Source of the DNA: Eledone cirrhosa
Taxonomy: Eukaryota
Direction: 5' to 3'
DNA: 64,000 bases
Assembly (NCBI GenBank): GCA_964016885.1
Contig: OZ024743.1
Span: forward strand, 283,092,001-283,156,000
The position numbers and the translations under genes are program-made. Of the stretch, positions 24,846 to 39,146 are shown one piece after another; the stretch's first letter is position 1, and each line of letters starts with the position of its first letter. The notes below the pieces were generated by a model, which worked only from the letters and a program-made list of their open reading frames with translations, was not told the DNA's origin and did not search any database.

Positions 24846-27463
24846 ATGTCTGTGGAGGCTAAACCCCTTTTCTGCAGGTATTTGATAAGACCACGATGCC
24901 AAATTTTGTGTATTTTCAAGAGAAATCGCTACCAGTTACTTTTGAAATCTTCTTCAAACAGTCAGATGTCAGTTTACTTGGGAAGAAACAATGCAGTTAT
25001 TAATAAGAAGAGTTGAAATTAATGCATGCAAGATTTCACAGCTCTAGCATCACTCCTTCATAGTTAGCCTAAATAGTTGAAATAATTTTGAACAGCAGCA
25101 TCACAGCTAACACCATCGTCACGACAACAACCACTACCACCTACAATAATTAATACATGACCGAGCATTCATTTCTCACAAAGGCGTAAAACCAGAAAGT
25201 TTTTAGAGGGAAAATCTCGGAAAAAGTCGATTATATCGAATTGGAAAAGATGAAAAGTAACGTTAACGGGATTTGGACTCATAACGTAAAAATCAGGAAC
25301 AAATACTGCTACCTATCACTCTTACATAATTAAATATGGTATGGTATGGTATCGTATCGTCCCGTAACTCTTGATAGTGTCGTAGGGGCGCCGTATTGAC
25401 ATACGGCGTTTCTTGGGCATTTTAAGTCTGGCGGAGCCCATCCCTCTCCAGGTCTAAGTACAGCAGATTTCTTCCAGAGAAAGATAGAAAGTGAGAGAGT
25501 GGAAGTAAGAAAGAGATATAGAAGAAGAATCGATCCCCAGTACTAGACTGGTACGTTTTTATCGACCTCGAACGGATAAAAAGCAAAGTTGACCTTGGCT
25601 GGATTTGATCTCAGCGAGCAGGAAGCCGGAACGAAAACCATAAAGCATTCTATCCGACGTTCTAGCGACTCTGCCAATTCGCCTATAAATATTGTGGTGG
25701 TGGTGGGGATATAAAATAAATTGCAAAAGTGAAGAGAATGGAAGACAAGATACGGGAAAACACTAACTATAAAATGGAAGACAAGATACGGGAAAACACT
25801 AACTATAAAATGAAATACATCCAGCCTTATCACTTCGGTTATAAACCCGAGTACCTGTAATGCAGAGAAATAGAAAATATCCAAATATCATGATTTGACC
25901 AACCGCTTCTTTTTTGTGCCGGTCTGAGCCACGTGATATTGAATGGTTGATGCAGCTCGTGTCACTGCGATGTTGTCGTCATCTTGTCTGCTTTTTTGGT
26001 TTTTGTTATTGCCAGTATCGGTAGGGCGTCGGACGACATGCTTTGCGGCATAGAGTTACAGTCTGTTACGTTCTGACTCCAAATTCCGCCGAGGTTAGCT
26101 ATGTCTTTCATCCTTACAGGGGTCGATAAAATGTAGTATCAGTAACGCACTGGGGTCGATTTAATCGACTTTCCTCTCCCCAAAATTGTTGGCCTTGTAC
26201 CTAAACAAGAAACCACTATTTAATCCCCTTTTTTCTATTTTTCTCTCTGTTTATTATTTTAATCCTTTTTAGGACGGTGGATTGACAGAACCGTTAGGGC
26301 GCTGCACAAAAAGCTTTGCGGCATTTAATTACAAAATGTTCTGAGTTCAAATCCTATCGAGGTTAACTTCACCTTGCATCATTCCGGAGTCAATAAAGTA
26401 CCATCCAAATACTGATATAATTAACTTTGCCCTTCCCCTAAATTACTGGCCTTATTCTAAAATTAAAGATTATTATTTTAATCCCTTTTTTAGACCCTCT
26501 GCCTTTCCCTTCCTTTTCCGTTTTTAAATATTATTTAAGTTATCGTTGTTGTATTTGAGAGATAAGAAACCAGTTAATATTACATAAATAAAAAAAATAT
26601 TTCAAACTCAAAAAAACATTATATACTTCTGTTCAACAATAAATTTAAACTTGATTAAAAGCAGACGACACATTCCATCTCCATTAAATAAACAATAAAT
26701 ATATTCAGCAAAATCATAATTTGTTTATATATATATATATATATATATATTGATTGATGTGAGAGATAATGATACAAACGATATTGTACAGCTTTCTACG
26801 TTAAAGGTAATAAAGAATAACAAATCATTATTTCCTTTCTTTATCGATCATTTGTTTCAAGTGGAGATTAATTTTGAATAGTAGAGTATTAATGTGTAGT
26901 TATATGTACATATGTTTATGTATATGTGAGTGGAGGTACCTGGCTTTGTAGTTAACGTGTTTGGCTTACAAATTTAAAGTTGTACATTCGTAAGTAACGA
27001 CAGACTAATTCTTCCACGTATAACACACACACACTCACACATACACACAGAGACGCGGGCGCGCGCGTGGTGTTCGGCCTCGGGGAAATACTCTGAAACA
27101 TGAGGAAACGAAACCCATTTGATAGGCCCAAATGGCAAAGATGCTGTATGGAAACTATAAAATACTTTGGTCTTTGACAGACGGCAATAGCTGCGTGCTG
27201 TTCGATTCCAAGCAGATGCTCACAGTTGTATCAGTAACATTTTTCTGAAATGTTAGCGAGGAAAGACGGACTGTAAGCGGGCGAACTTAGATGTCTACCA
27301 CAATAATTTGCTGTAACTCATGACAGAAGGATCAAAGTAATGCTAACAACCAATTTCAGCAGCGGACGCAGCATATGCGTTAATTGGCCGAGCAAGGGTC
27401 GAGATGTATTTTACCATGCCAGATTTGTCCACTGCTACTTTCCTAGTTATGTAAGCCGAGAAA

Positions 27464-27645
27464 CAGACCTGTCAAATCTCCCCGTCCGACAGGGAGATCT
27501 CCCACCCACTTTGGGGTGGGTGAGAGATGTCTTCTCTTGTGAAAATGGGTATAGTAAAATTCCCCATTTTGCTTCATTTCTCCCCATTTTGGGGCACTTT
27601 TTTCATGGTACTCCCCGTTTGGGTTTTTAGAGGTTGGCAGGTCTG
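27464..27645. mobile_element. MITE
   Basis: TIRs cagacctgtcaa / ttggcaggtctg. Confidence 0.65.
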
Positions 27646-28557
27646 GAGAAGTGATGGCGCTGCCGAGAAAGAAGATACCCAAAGGAGACAAACTATTTGA
27701 GGCCTATACGAGTAACTCTTAATTACAAGGTAAAAATTTGGACAAAAGTGATCGCCAAAATGTTGGCGCTTGTCTTGTGATAGAAATTGGATAGATGGAA
27801 ACTGCTTGGAAGTCTGTCGGATGAAGTATACCTGTAATTCAAAGGGTCAGCCATGCCCCCCCCCCCCTCTGTGTCACGCGGAATCTTCCAGAGAATTACG
27901 TTAAGGATACATGTGTCTGGGGATTCTTCAGTCACTCACATGTTAATTTTATGAGCAACTGTCAAACACTGGGATCCCCACCTCAAAATTATTGGGCTTG
28001 TGCTAAAATTGATTTCTAAGGTAGATACATCAAATAGGTTTCGATTTCTCGTGTTTCAGAGGTTAGTAATTTTTTGGGGAAGGTGAAGTTGATTTAAAAT
28101 CAATCCCAGTACTTGACTGTTGCTTTATTTTATGAATCCCAGAAGGATGAGAGGCAACGTAGACCTTGGCAACCTTTATTTGCTGCCGACGTAAACACCA
28201 CTAGTTTTCTCGGACTATAGTATTTAGTTGCTGTCTGTTTGCCTGTCTGTTCAGTGGCAAATATAAATACAACTGAAACACCGCTCAAACTGGGATGCCG
28301 AGTCTGTCGCTCTCCTCTTTCTCTCTTGGTTATTGTAGGCAGTGCATTTCATTAGAAATACGGTAACAAAAGGGTTAAACATAAAGACTGGCGTTGAACC
28401 TGTAACTTATATTAAAACAAGACTTCCGTTTCTTTTATATTACAGCTTGAAGAAAGAAAATTCAGTGTTTGTCTGTTTTCATCAAACGCTTTCACACAAC
28501 TTCCCGCTTAAACCTTTCAATAGCTCAAGACTTTCATTGAGATTTTCGACATTTGCC

Positions 28558-29172
28558 ATGAAATCGCTTACATTTCTAATACTACTTGGAATATTGACAT
28601 ATTTCCTATCGGTCCAAATCATCGTCGACGCCGAATCGTCCGAGAGCTTTAACTCATGGACATCTAATAGATATACAAATAATAATCTAAATCGCTTTCG
28701 TTACGGCTCTTCTGACGAATCGCTAGGATCCTCCATGGACTCATCCATGGAAAGTGGTGAGATAAGATTTGAACTAACTTACTGGGAATGCGAGATTACA
28801 CCAATGAAGAATACTGATTATCTTCGCCAGTTATTTTCCTCGCGGACGAGACCGCTCCTAAAATATTTTGGTAACACCAAAGACAAAGATTATTTCTTAA
28901 TCTGTCCTAGAGTGCTTTCCGATTTTGATATTTTGCTGAAGTTTAAAAATTTACAGAGAGTTTCTGAAAACACATTGAAGAATATGTATCTGATGAAATA
29001 TTATCCAGAGAAATTTCGCCCTATATATGTTAGAATTATCCGAGGGATATCCGTTTTTTGGATCCCTAGAAATATATCTATGGGCGGATTCACTTCAACT
29101 GTAAAACCTCTTACACCACTGAATCGTATTGGTGTGCCGAAAGGGCGAGAGCATCCACAAGCCAGATTCTAA
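28558..29172 (+). CDS. Intronless putative secreted protein, 204 aa, family unrecognised
   Basis: Uninterrupted non-repetitive ORF with good start context (gccATG). Signal-peptide-like N-terminus MKSLTFLILLGILTYFLSVQIIVDA, Ser/Glu-rich segment, then a globular-looking region. TATA-like motif at ~28408; AATAAA at ~29678. Confidence 0.72.
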   Translation: MKSLTFLILLGILTYFLSVQIIVDAESSESFNSWTSNRYTNNNLNRFRYGSSDESLGSSMDSSMESGEIRFELTYWECEITPMKNTDYLRQLFSSRTRPLLKYFGNTKDKDYFLICPRVLSDFDILLKFKNLQRVSENTLKNMYLMKYYPEKFRPIYVRIIRGISVFWIPRNISMGGFTSTVKPLTPLNRIGVPKGREHPQARF

Positions 29173-32109
29173 TACTGTCCGGGCGAACTATGCCGTCCAT
29201 CTTTTGTAGTTTGAAGCAAGTAGTAATCTAAATATGGAATTATCGACAACAGAAATGCTATTTAGTATATTTAGACCGAGATTACCAAATTTCGTGTTTC
29301 CACACAAACTATTTTTTTGTTTACTTTTACAATTAATAAGCACTCAACATTGCTGTAACAATACCAACAATAATGGTTTGTAATTTAGGCACTTGACTAG
29401 TAATGGAGGAGGGAGTCGATGAAATCGACTAGTGCTTGACTGGAACTTTATTTTATTGAGCACCGGAAGAATAAAAGGCAAAGTTGATCTGGGCGGGATT
29501 TGAACTCAAAACAAAGAGCTGCAACTAGATTCTGCAAATCTAGCACCCTCAACAATACCAACCATAATAACCAAGTAACTTTTAGCATTAATAATAACAT
29601 TCGAAATCGTAGCAATATGAAAAATAATTTCAATTACATTTTTTTTTAAAAATAGTCTTTAAAAAGAGCAAATAAGAATAAAATTTTGTCACAAAATATA
29701 TGATATTGTGTTTCTTTTTGTTATTACTATGTAGCAATACCTGTTGATTTATTGTCGTTTACTTGTGTTCCACAGATGCGCTGTTCTTGCTTGAAGACTC
29801 GCTTACAGTGTACTACTGGTTCAGACTCGTGCACCAATACACTATCGCTAGTTTATAAATGTACTCTATCTCTTCTAATGACTACAACGGCCTCGGTAGC
29901 CATTTTCATCCATTCTCCCCTCCTATTATCAAGTCTATTCTATCTTACGCCACCAGCACAACTCTAAACACTTTTCCCAATAATTAATCCTCAGCATTGC
30001 AATCATGTGGAATTTTGTTTTTGTACATATTTTACCTCTTGATGTCGACGTACAAATGTTTGAACTGAACATCGAAGGTATGAATCGCATACATTTGAGT
30101 CGGGTTTCATCTGACCAATTAATAGAAAAATAATACTGTCGGAAATGGAGCTTATTCACTTTAACTCGTCTTTATTTCCCGTGATATCAGCCTCAAATTT
30201 TAAACCTAGATTACAAAGAATTTCGTTAAACGATTTTCTGTCTCAGCTATCCTTTACCTTTCTTAAAAGACGGAATGGACCTCCATCCGTTTCGACTATG
30301 GATGTTCCAGTTGTTCGCTAAATGGAATTAACGTGTAAGTAGCTGAGCTTAATGATTGCGAAGCGAACTTCTTAATCCTTCGGCGTCCGTTATATAAGAT
30401 ATCTTACACTTTTTCGGGGTTCCCGAGACTAGTATGAAGAAAAGGAAGTTATCTTTAAACCATAGACCTAGCATGGGTACTTGCCTCACTCCGCTAAGGA
30501 TCAATAGTAATGTTTATCCGCAACAAATACCACAAGATATCTTGTGTGGTGCTTTAATAATTCCGCCGAACAACCATCCTGGATCGGTATTTTTTTTCTT
30601 TTGGGCCCGAAAGGATGAAAGGCAAATTTGACCCCAGCGTGATTTGAACTTAAGGCGCAGAAAACAAACAGTTAGGGCAAGGCTTCTCACCTGAGGCGCT
30701 AAAGATTTCGCTTACCACCATCCTGGAGTGTTATTCTATTGGCTCAGAATGGATGAAAGCCAAAGTTGACCTCGGTAGGATTTGAACGCAAAGAGCCAAA
30801 TGAGTTACACGAGGTATTTGTCTTCTGCTCTAACGACTTCGCCAATTTTAAACAGAATTATATACAGATTTTGAACACAAAAAATTGTAAGGAGATTGAT
30901 GTACGTAAACTTCAGTTTCCCTCCCTCCCTCATTCGCAAAAGTTAACATACACTGCAAATCCCGAAAATTCCACATATCTGTTTATTGCATGTATTTGGA
31001 ATTAACAAGTTATAAATGTTAAATGCACCCCCCCCCCCCCCAAATGCATAAATGTTAAATGGAAATATATATAATAAGCAAATGTTAGACGTTTCACATA
31101 AATATACTGACAAGTTAGTGTCTGGGCTGCCACAGCATTTAGCAAATATACTAAAAGTTTATATTAAAAAATATCAAATTCACCCCGTAAAAAGATTAAA
31201 TGAAACAATTTGTCTAAACTAGGTATAGTAAGTTATATCGACATCACTACAGTACCTTAAAAAGACTGACTTTCTACTCTCGGTATCTGAAAAAAAATCT
31301 TTAATGAATTCAACAAACAGTATCATCTTCAGAACACTGCTCTCTACATCCTGTAGGTACAGGGCATTTAGTATTTTGAGGGTCATCATTCTCAGTTAAA
31401 TTTTGCGTGTCAATTTGCTGACTGATCCTTCTCCTGAACTAACTATGAAGCTCAAATATAAGATCTACATTAATACATAGAAAGTTATCAGCGAGACATT
31501 CATGTGTGTCAGAGACTTTAGAGGCTGTACATGTAATTCAAATGGACAGCCTTTGAAGGACATATAGAATAATATAGTTCTGGATATACAAAACAACGGG
31601 ATAGCCACGACTGGAAGGCTTTTGACCATAGTTTTGCTCGTTCAAAGTTGACTTGGGGATATAAACAACAAAATAGTAAAGTGACGGCGGTAGAATGGCA
31701 AAACTTTTGGTAGAACTTGAGACAAAATACTTTTTGATTTTAGTTGTGTTCTTTGCATTCCTTTACATCCCGAGTTCAAACCCAACTAATATCAACTTTC
31801 TTCTTTCCGTGGTGCTAAAATACATACCAGTCATGTACTGAGCCAACCACAATATTTGTTGCCTTGTACATATGTTCGAAATCAATATGTACATGTAGAT
31901 TGGACCTCTGTCGCTGCTCGCCAAATTAACGTGCAAGGGTTTAAAACATTTCAGTCACGTGCGCTGCTAATGTAGTTCTCATGAAGATTCAATGTGATAC
32001 AGCGTGTGGATGGGCTGACCCTTTGAATTACAGCACAACCCATTTTTTGCCAGTTGAATGGACAAAAGCAGTGTGAAATAAAGTATCTTGTTCAAGGGCT
32101 TCTTAAACG

Positions 32110-33190
32110 CATCGGCGACAATCCCCAAGACAGACACCGCTTCGTCAGCAAAATCCAGGCATGTACTCAGTTGCCTCTGGTGGATTTGGCGGCAGACCGT
32201 AGCGTAAAGCTATTTCACCATTACGCATGGTGAGATCTGCAGACTTTGACATATAGCGTACTGCGTCATAACTAGAGACAAGCAGGCGGAGATTCTTACG
32301 AATCACGATGGAAGGAATCACCTTCAACAATAGACAAAGACTCAGCCCGCCATCCCGTCTGCTACAATAAAGGAAGGAAACTGAGGTTGATTCGTGCAGA
32401 TGTAGCTTCGCACGGACCCCCGCGCGATCAGCCGTGTCCAGCGCTTCAAGATAACTCCAGGCGGGCAACACTTGCGACAAGGTGTAAATTTTGCCGGGTT
32501 TTCAGTGGAGCCCTGCACAGTGACACCTGCTCCACCGAAACATTCATCTTGGAGTTCGACCATGGGCCGACTTTGACCGCTAAGTAGGAACACTTCTCAG
32601 CGGGTTTAATTCTCAGGAGCTGAATTCCATCGTCTGGAGGAGGATCTGTGTTGACCAAGAAAAATTTACCCCACGCTTTTTACCGAAAAACGTGGCGCAT
32701 TTGAGATATTCACCGCTAGCCCCACCTCACGGTCAACTAGATGTTGCAGCTCCACCGGGGAGCAGTCAACCAGTGCATCATCCGCATACGCCAAGCTCGA
32801 TAACCCAACATCTAAGCCACAGTCTGAGGACAGAACGTCCATCAGTGGGTTTGTGGCTATGTTGAAAAGAAGGGGCGAGAGTGCATCCCCCTGCCGGACT
32901 CTACGCTTGATCTCGATGAATCTGCTCATTTCTGCTCCTACCGAGAATTTTGTACCGCATCCCTCGTATAGACCTTTCACGATACTGAAAGTCTTCTCAT
33001 GCCCGCAAACACAAGTGAGTGTGGAACCGTATCGAAGGCCTTGGCCAGGTTGATGAAGGTAACGTCCAAGCGCCGAATCCTCCATCGCGCTGGTCTCCTC
33101 ATGCTGCGTTTGTGAAGCTGTCGCAGCAAGAACACGTTCTCGCTACAACCGCTAAATACCGCAAAGCATTCTATCCTACGTTCGAATGGC
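32110..33190 (-). mobile_element. R2/NeSL-like non-LTR RT fragment
   Basis: RRVRQGDALSPLLFNI and LAYADD (RT motifs), plus 'FLYCSRRDGGL' of RLE-clade elements; frameshifted. Confidence 0.82.
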
Positions 33191-33870
33191 CCAGCCCCTC
33201 ACCACCAATAATGGTTTCTGATTTAGGCCAACAATGTTTTGGGAGGCGGTAACTTGATTAAATCGATCAGTGTTTTGCTGGTACTACCTTTCATCCATAC
33301 GGGGTCGATGAAATAAAAAATTAACCTCGGCGGGATTTGAACTCAGAACAAAGTGAAGTAACTATATGCCGCAAAGCTTGTTATCCGAGGCTCTACCAAT
33401 TCTACCAACCCACTGCCAATAATGATAAAGGTACGGCAAATATAAAAAGGTGACCAAATTGAACAGTTTGAACTATCATCTTATTTTTTTTTACTAAATA
33501 CTGAATGACTAATCTGGAGTTAAGTGTTCTGTTCAGAGTTACTTCACAATGGCTGTAGTGGAAATCAAAGACGCTGCCATATAAGAACAAATATATATTT
33601 TCTTTACTTTTTTCCAACACGCATCGACACTACTATGTCTATGTTTTATTTATTTTTATTTGTCATCTCATACATTCAGAAAGATAAAATGAAGAAATTA
33701 CTAATGAGGAGAGTTATGAAAGTAAAAAAATAAATCAGAAAATGGGTTGAGCAGAGAATCTGGGTATAGTAATGGAGGTGAGTTTGTCATAAGATTGCTA
33801 AGAAATACTTGATTCGAATTCAAAATTCCTCACAAACACAGCAGCAAACTGCAAAAATCCTTTCATAAGG

Positions 33871-34131
33871 TCAACATGTTGAAAAGCGCCTTGCGCATAT
33901 ATTCATCCTTGTGACTCCAATATGGTGTAAAGGATTGTCATGGAGTCCAGAATCTTCGGGTAGCTGGTCACAGATCTCAGCAAGTTCTTCCAACTCTTCC
34001 ATTTCTAATTGAACGTCAGCTAACATATCCTGGTATACTTCACAACTTTTATCTAGTTTAATCTTTTGCATGTTTTGTCGGATGGTAAGAAGCTGACGAG
34101 CTAAATGTTGGTCTTGAGAACGCATATCAGC
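33871..34131 (-). CDS. FAM167A: FAM167-family (DUF3259) gene, last coding exon
   Basis: Acceptor ttttctAG at 34133-34132, phase 0. Encodes ADMRSQDQHLARQLL...KIKLDKSC...IGVTRMNICARRFSTC*, the characteristic FAM167 C-terminus. Confidence 0.92.
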   Translation of the reverse strand, partial: ADMRSQDQHLARQLLTIRQNMQKIKLDKSCEVYQDMLADVQLEMEELEELAEICDQLPEDSGLHDNPLHHIGVTRMNICARRFSTC

Positions 34132-37100
34132 CTAGAAAAGAATACAGGATAATGTATTATAATAGTTTCTTGTTTCAATAAAACTTGTTTTAAAAGAATG
34201 TATTATTATATGAGTACGGCTCTGAATACTGAAAAAGAGAAGGTAACCTTTCAGGTAACTCCCGACAGTTTCGGCAATTAGTGTTCCAGTTATTCGACCG
34301 CGGAACAGCCTGCTCATTAAAATAACGTTAAGTGGCCAAGCATTTCACAGACACGTGCATCGCTAACGTAATTCTCATGGTGATTCAGAGTGACAGTGTG
34401 TAACAAAGCTAATCCTCTAAATTAAATGGACTCCCAAACAGCTTCCGTCTACACAATTTCACTTACGAGGCTGGGTTGACCGGAATCTATGGTAAATGAC
34501 ACCTAGAGATACCATGCAGTAGAATCGAACCCGTGATATTAACCATTCGGCCATGCTGCATACACTGACCTCCACTAAACTGTCGTATCACTTTTCATTT
34601 CATTTTCTTTACACCCGTTCTTTGATACGAAGGCTGGAAATTAAGTTTTAAAAAATAAAACATTTGTTTAAAGTTTCAAATTTATCGCAATACTTTAAAT
34701 ATACTTCAAGAAAAGTAAATATTTAATTGACATAATTGTTTCTACTTTTGGCACAGGGCCAGCAATTATCCAGTACATTACTGGTACTTTATTTTATCGA
34801 CCCCGTAAGGATGAAAAGCAAAGTTAACCTCGGCGGGATTTGAACTGATACTGCCAAATAATGTTCACACGATAAAGATAAATTCGACATCCCCGCGATC
34901 TAAAACCCATAAAGTAAAAGGGGCTTTTAAACAATTGTTTCTACTTTTGGCACAATACCATCAATTAGAAGGGAAGATGAAAGTCGATTAAATCGACCCC
35001 AGTGCGTTACTGCTACTTTATTTTATCGACCCCATAAGGATGAAGGGCAAAGTCAACCTCGGCAGAATTTGAACTCAGAATGTAAAGAGCAAAAAACAGA
35101 CGCTCTATCGAAACTGTCAATCCACAATAAATGAAACTTTATATGTTTGTATTATAGAAATAAAACCGATCTCTTCCGAAGATAAAACCATAATTTAAAT
35201 GCATGTGTCTAGTTAAAGGAATAAGAAAGAGAATCGACAACTGCCCAGTTTGGGGATCGAACCAACATCATTCGTATTAGTGTGGCATTCTAATCCGAGA
35301 TTACTGACTTTCATTGCTTTCACAGTAGAAATTAAGGAGACCATCACACACACGGCTGTCAGTGTAGAATTTACTAGGACAAGACAAACATAACATTCAC
35401 ATATGTACAATACCAGTCATATGCTGAGTCGATATAATGGAGTGAGCCAACCACAATATTTGTTGGCTTGCACATATGTTCGAAATCAAACAACCCGGGA
35501 CCTAATGATTATAATACGAACTCTTTAACCATCTGGCCATACTGGGCCCCAAAGAACTATATGGATATTACAAAATCCCATTTCAATATCCAACGAAGAT
35601 AACAGAAATAATTGCGAGCCGATGTGTGGTCATGTGAGGTCGCTCGAAAATGTACACAGCTGCGAAACTTCCTTAAATTAGACAATTATTTTTTAAAAAT
35701 GAAACGCATTGGACAATGTAAATCCTAAATATACTGAAAAAAAAAAAAAAAAAAAAAAAAAACTGGATTGTCGTGGTTAGGACGTCTCTAATCATAGCCC
35801 GACATAAAACTAAGCAACACCTGCAGAAATAAACAGCACACACAATCTAACCCTACCATAAGTCCTGATTATGTGGATCTATGATCAAAGGCGTTCCACA
35901 AAATAACTACCCCCTCTTTTACTCGTATCCGTCATCTAATTTCAATGCATGGCTAATCTAGAATATAAAGGAGCCCAGGTCTGGCGTCGATATGGGTTTT
36001 CTAAATTAAACAAAGGCATCCCACTTTTATTCCACCCCAACCCCCCGCTTATTAAATGTTGCTAATCTATCTCAGGCGAAATGATTTTTTAAAGTGGTAG
36101 CATTCCTGCGACAATTTTCTTTATACATTAAAAAAAACATACGTGACAAAAAACAACATTACAAAAAATCTTGTACATGATAAAATAAATGGAGTCTCAA
36201 TATGTAAACTAAACGACTAATTTTGGTTTTTAAAAAATGAAAGACAACCTAGAAAAATTATCGACCCCTTTCCTCTACCAGGGCTAGCAGGATATGCTAT
36301 TATACTACTTATCAGAAAGAATACTTTGTGGTATTTATTTCAGTTCTCTGTGTGATGTGTTCTAATTCTAGTGAGGCCAACTTTGTCTTTCATCTTTCCA
36401 GGGTCGATACAGAAAGTTGCAGTCAAGTACTTGGCTCGATTCTTCTTTCTGTCTGTGTCGTCCCTTTCTCCAGGAATGGATAAGGGGTTAGCAACCTCTT
36501 CTGATAGAAAAAAAAAAAAAAAAGATATGCTACTGAAACCCCCGAAGAGACCGGATTAATGTGCAAGGTGTAGGATAACTTCTCCCCTCCCCGACCTTTC
36601 CATCAGCCACGAAGGCTCTGAAAAAGGTCATGATCCTTCCTCTTATTTCCTTCACTAAATTAAACAAACCTAATGCAGTATGGCAGGTTTGGTTCATTAA
36701 AATCATGCTTTTTACTTTATTGCAATCACCATCTTAGATAAGAAAGTAACTGGTTTCTTTTGAACAAGCAATATATATATATATACTAGTGGATCCCTGC
36801 CTTCAATAATGATGGTAATAGCATTGAATGCGTTTAATTTTTGAAGCCCAGGAATGATATGCCAGGATTAGAGTGAGTGAGTGAGCGGGCGAGCGTGCGT
36901 GCGTGCGTTAAAAATTATTCCGAGCTGCTTAACACCTTTGTAGATTTACTGTCGATAATAGGGACGTAACTATGTTGGAAAGCATGGCGTCCGACCTTCT
37001 ACCGATACTGCCAATCCTTGATATCTTACATAGATATAAGGTATTACATTCGAGAAGGAGGGAGTAGTCGATGATTTCGATCCCAGTATTTGACATATTT

Positions 37101-37791
37101 TTTTATCGACCCCGGAAAAATGAAAGACAAAGTAAACCCAGAAAGTAATGCAAGGAATTTTGTCCAACGCTTTAACGATTCTATCAGTGCACTTATTCAA
37201 CACATTTTTGGTTTAAATAAAAAACAAAAAAACATTGTAAACAATTTTTAAAGTTATGTACAGATTATAATCTAAGAAGGGTGGACTTGTTTGAGAGTTC
37301 TAGAACCTCTGTGAGTGTTCTAGTCGTTCGATTAACGGAACATCCTGGTCATGAAATTAATGTGTAAGTGACTGAGTATTCCACAGACATATGTACCCTT
37401 AATGCATTTCTCAGGGCGATTCATCATCACCGAGTGTCGAACTCACGATTGTCAGTCGAACACCCTAACCACTAAGCCACGCGCCTTCACAACTTTCTGG
37501 AGATATAAAAGTATATCTCCATACTAAAGACTCGTGTATTGATAGAAAATAACATTCACTTTTAATTCCTTCTCTCTAGGTGTTTAGTTCAAATCCTATC
37601 GAAGTGAACGCGTGTCATGGCGGCGCCCCGACAACTCTAGGAGTTGAGGGTCATTTTCTTCTTTTCCTTAGTTGAATATATATCAAAATTAACGTCTCCC
37701 GAAATATGATGAAACAAACGAGGTGTTAGTTTGTATAACTAAATAGGAATTTTAAATATTAATATTAAATCCATTTCTACTTTATACTTAC

Positions 37792-38258
37792 CAATTCTTG
37801 TGTAATCCAATGCAACGTATTACTAATCCAGGCTCTCCTGTCCTCAGTAAGACTGTTTGTAGTATTAGCCGTCTGTTTTAGAATTGTTGACCTTCCTTGA
37901 ACTTCAGCTTGCCAAGCCACATAGCTAGGTCGTTTGGTTGTAAGTTTAAGTCTAGCAGCAGCTGCTTTCAGCTGTTCCAGATCGTCTGCGTCCTGCGGGT
38001 TACATTGCAGATTGACATTCAGAGATTCAAAGCCAGCATCTTTAGAAGATGTCACAAAGCAAGATTGGTGTCTGTCGATGTAACGGGGCTGCAACGTAGT
38101 ATGCTTTCTTATATCATTAATATTCAAAATATCGACAGATTGGACAAGTTTATTTATTTCCTTCTCTTGGAAATCATTTGGGTGAACGACATCCTTGCCA
38201 GGAGTTGAATCTTCGGGAATATTATCGGTCATTCCTGATAGATTTAAATATTCAGCGC
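37792..38258 (-). CDS. FAM167A: FAM167-family gene, main coding exon
   Basis: Acceptor ttctacAG at 38260-38259; donor TTG|GTAAGT at 37791. Encodes DDLEQLKAAAARLKLTTKRPSYVAWQ and ISNTLHWITQEL, and joins in frame to the 34131 exon. Confidence 0.9.
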
Positions 38259-38804
38259 CTGTAGAATACGTAGAAATCAAAAGTTCAGTAACACAGATAT
38301 CTACACCAGAAAGTGTAAAATAAAGTCAGTGTCTAAAATTGAGGATTTCTAATTTAAGCAAGTGGTCACATGTTTTAGGGGAAGGTAAATCAATTAGTTT
38401 AATTGTAATTTAAATAATAAGAAAGAATGGAAAGTAAAGTAGATGGTAGCGGAATTTGAATTCAGGCGATCAAAGTCCACAACTAAATTTCGTAGTTAAA
38501 TTTGCTACTCTTAAATGGTGTTTTGTTAAATTACAATTCTAAGTTCAAATCCCACTAGCACTCTTTTATTCTTTTACTGGTTTCTGTCACCAGACAGCGG
38601 TCATTGTAGGGCACCGCCTTCTTTTAATCGATCATATCGACCCCTGTACATATTTATTCAAGTATGCTATTTATTTTATCGATATCCTTTTTGTCAAGCC
38701 GCAAAATAACGAGATGCCTCCACCCATATATATATGGGGTGGGGATTATCTTGGTGTATTATATATAAGGGGGGAGGGGGGTATCTCGCTGTATTATATA
38801 GGTG

Positions 38805-38897
<93 letters not shown>

Positions 38898-39146
38898 CTA
38901 AATGGGTGCGGTAAAAACCAGAGTACTCGAATTAGCTGTTGAAATATATATAGAGGCGTATATATATATATTCATATATATATACACACAACGGACTTCT
39001 GCAGTTTCTGTCCCCAAAATTCCCTTCACATGGCATTAGTCAATCCGAGGCTATAATAGAAGATACTTGCCCAGGGTGCCACGCTGTAGGACTGAACTCA
39101 GAATTACATGGTTACGAACCGAATTCCTGAATCACAGCTATACCTG

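Noticed and set aside
28342-28557. N-terminal extension of the 276-aa ORF call
   Set aside because: Starts at GTG; the ATG at 28558 has better context and directly precedes the signal peptide.
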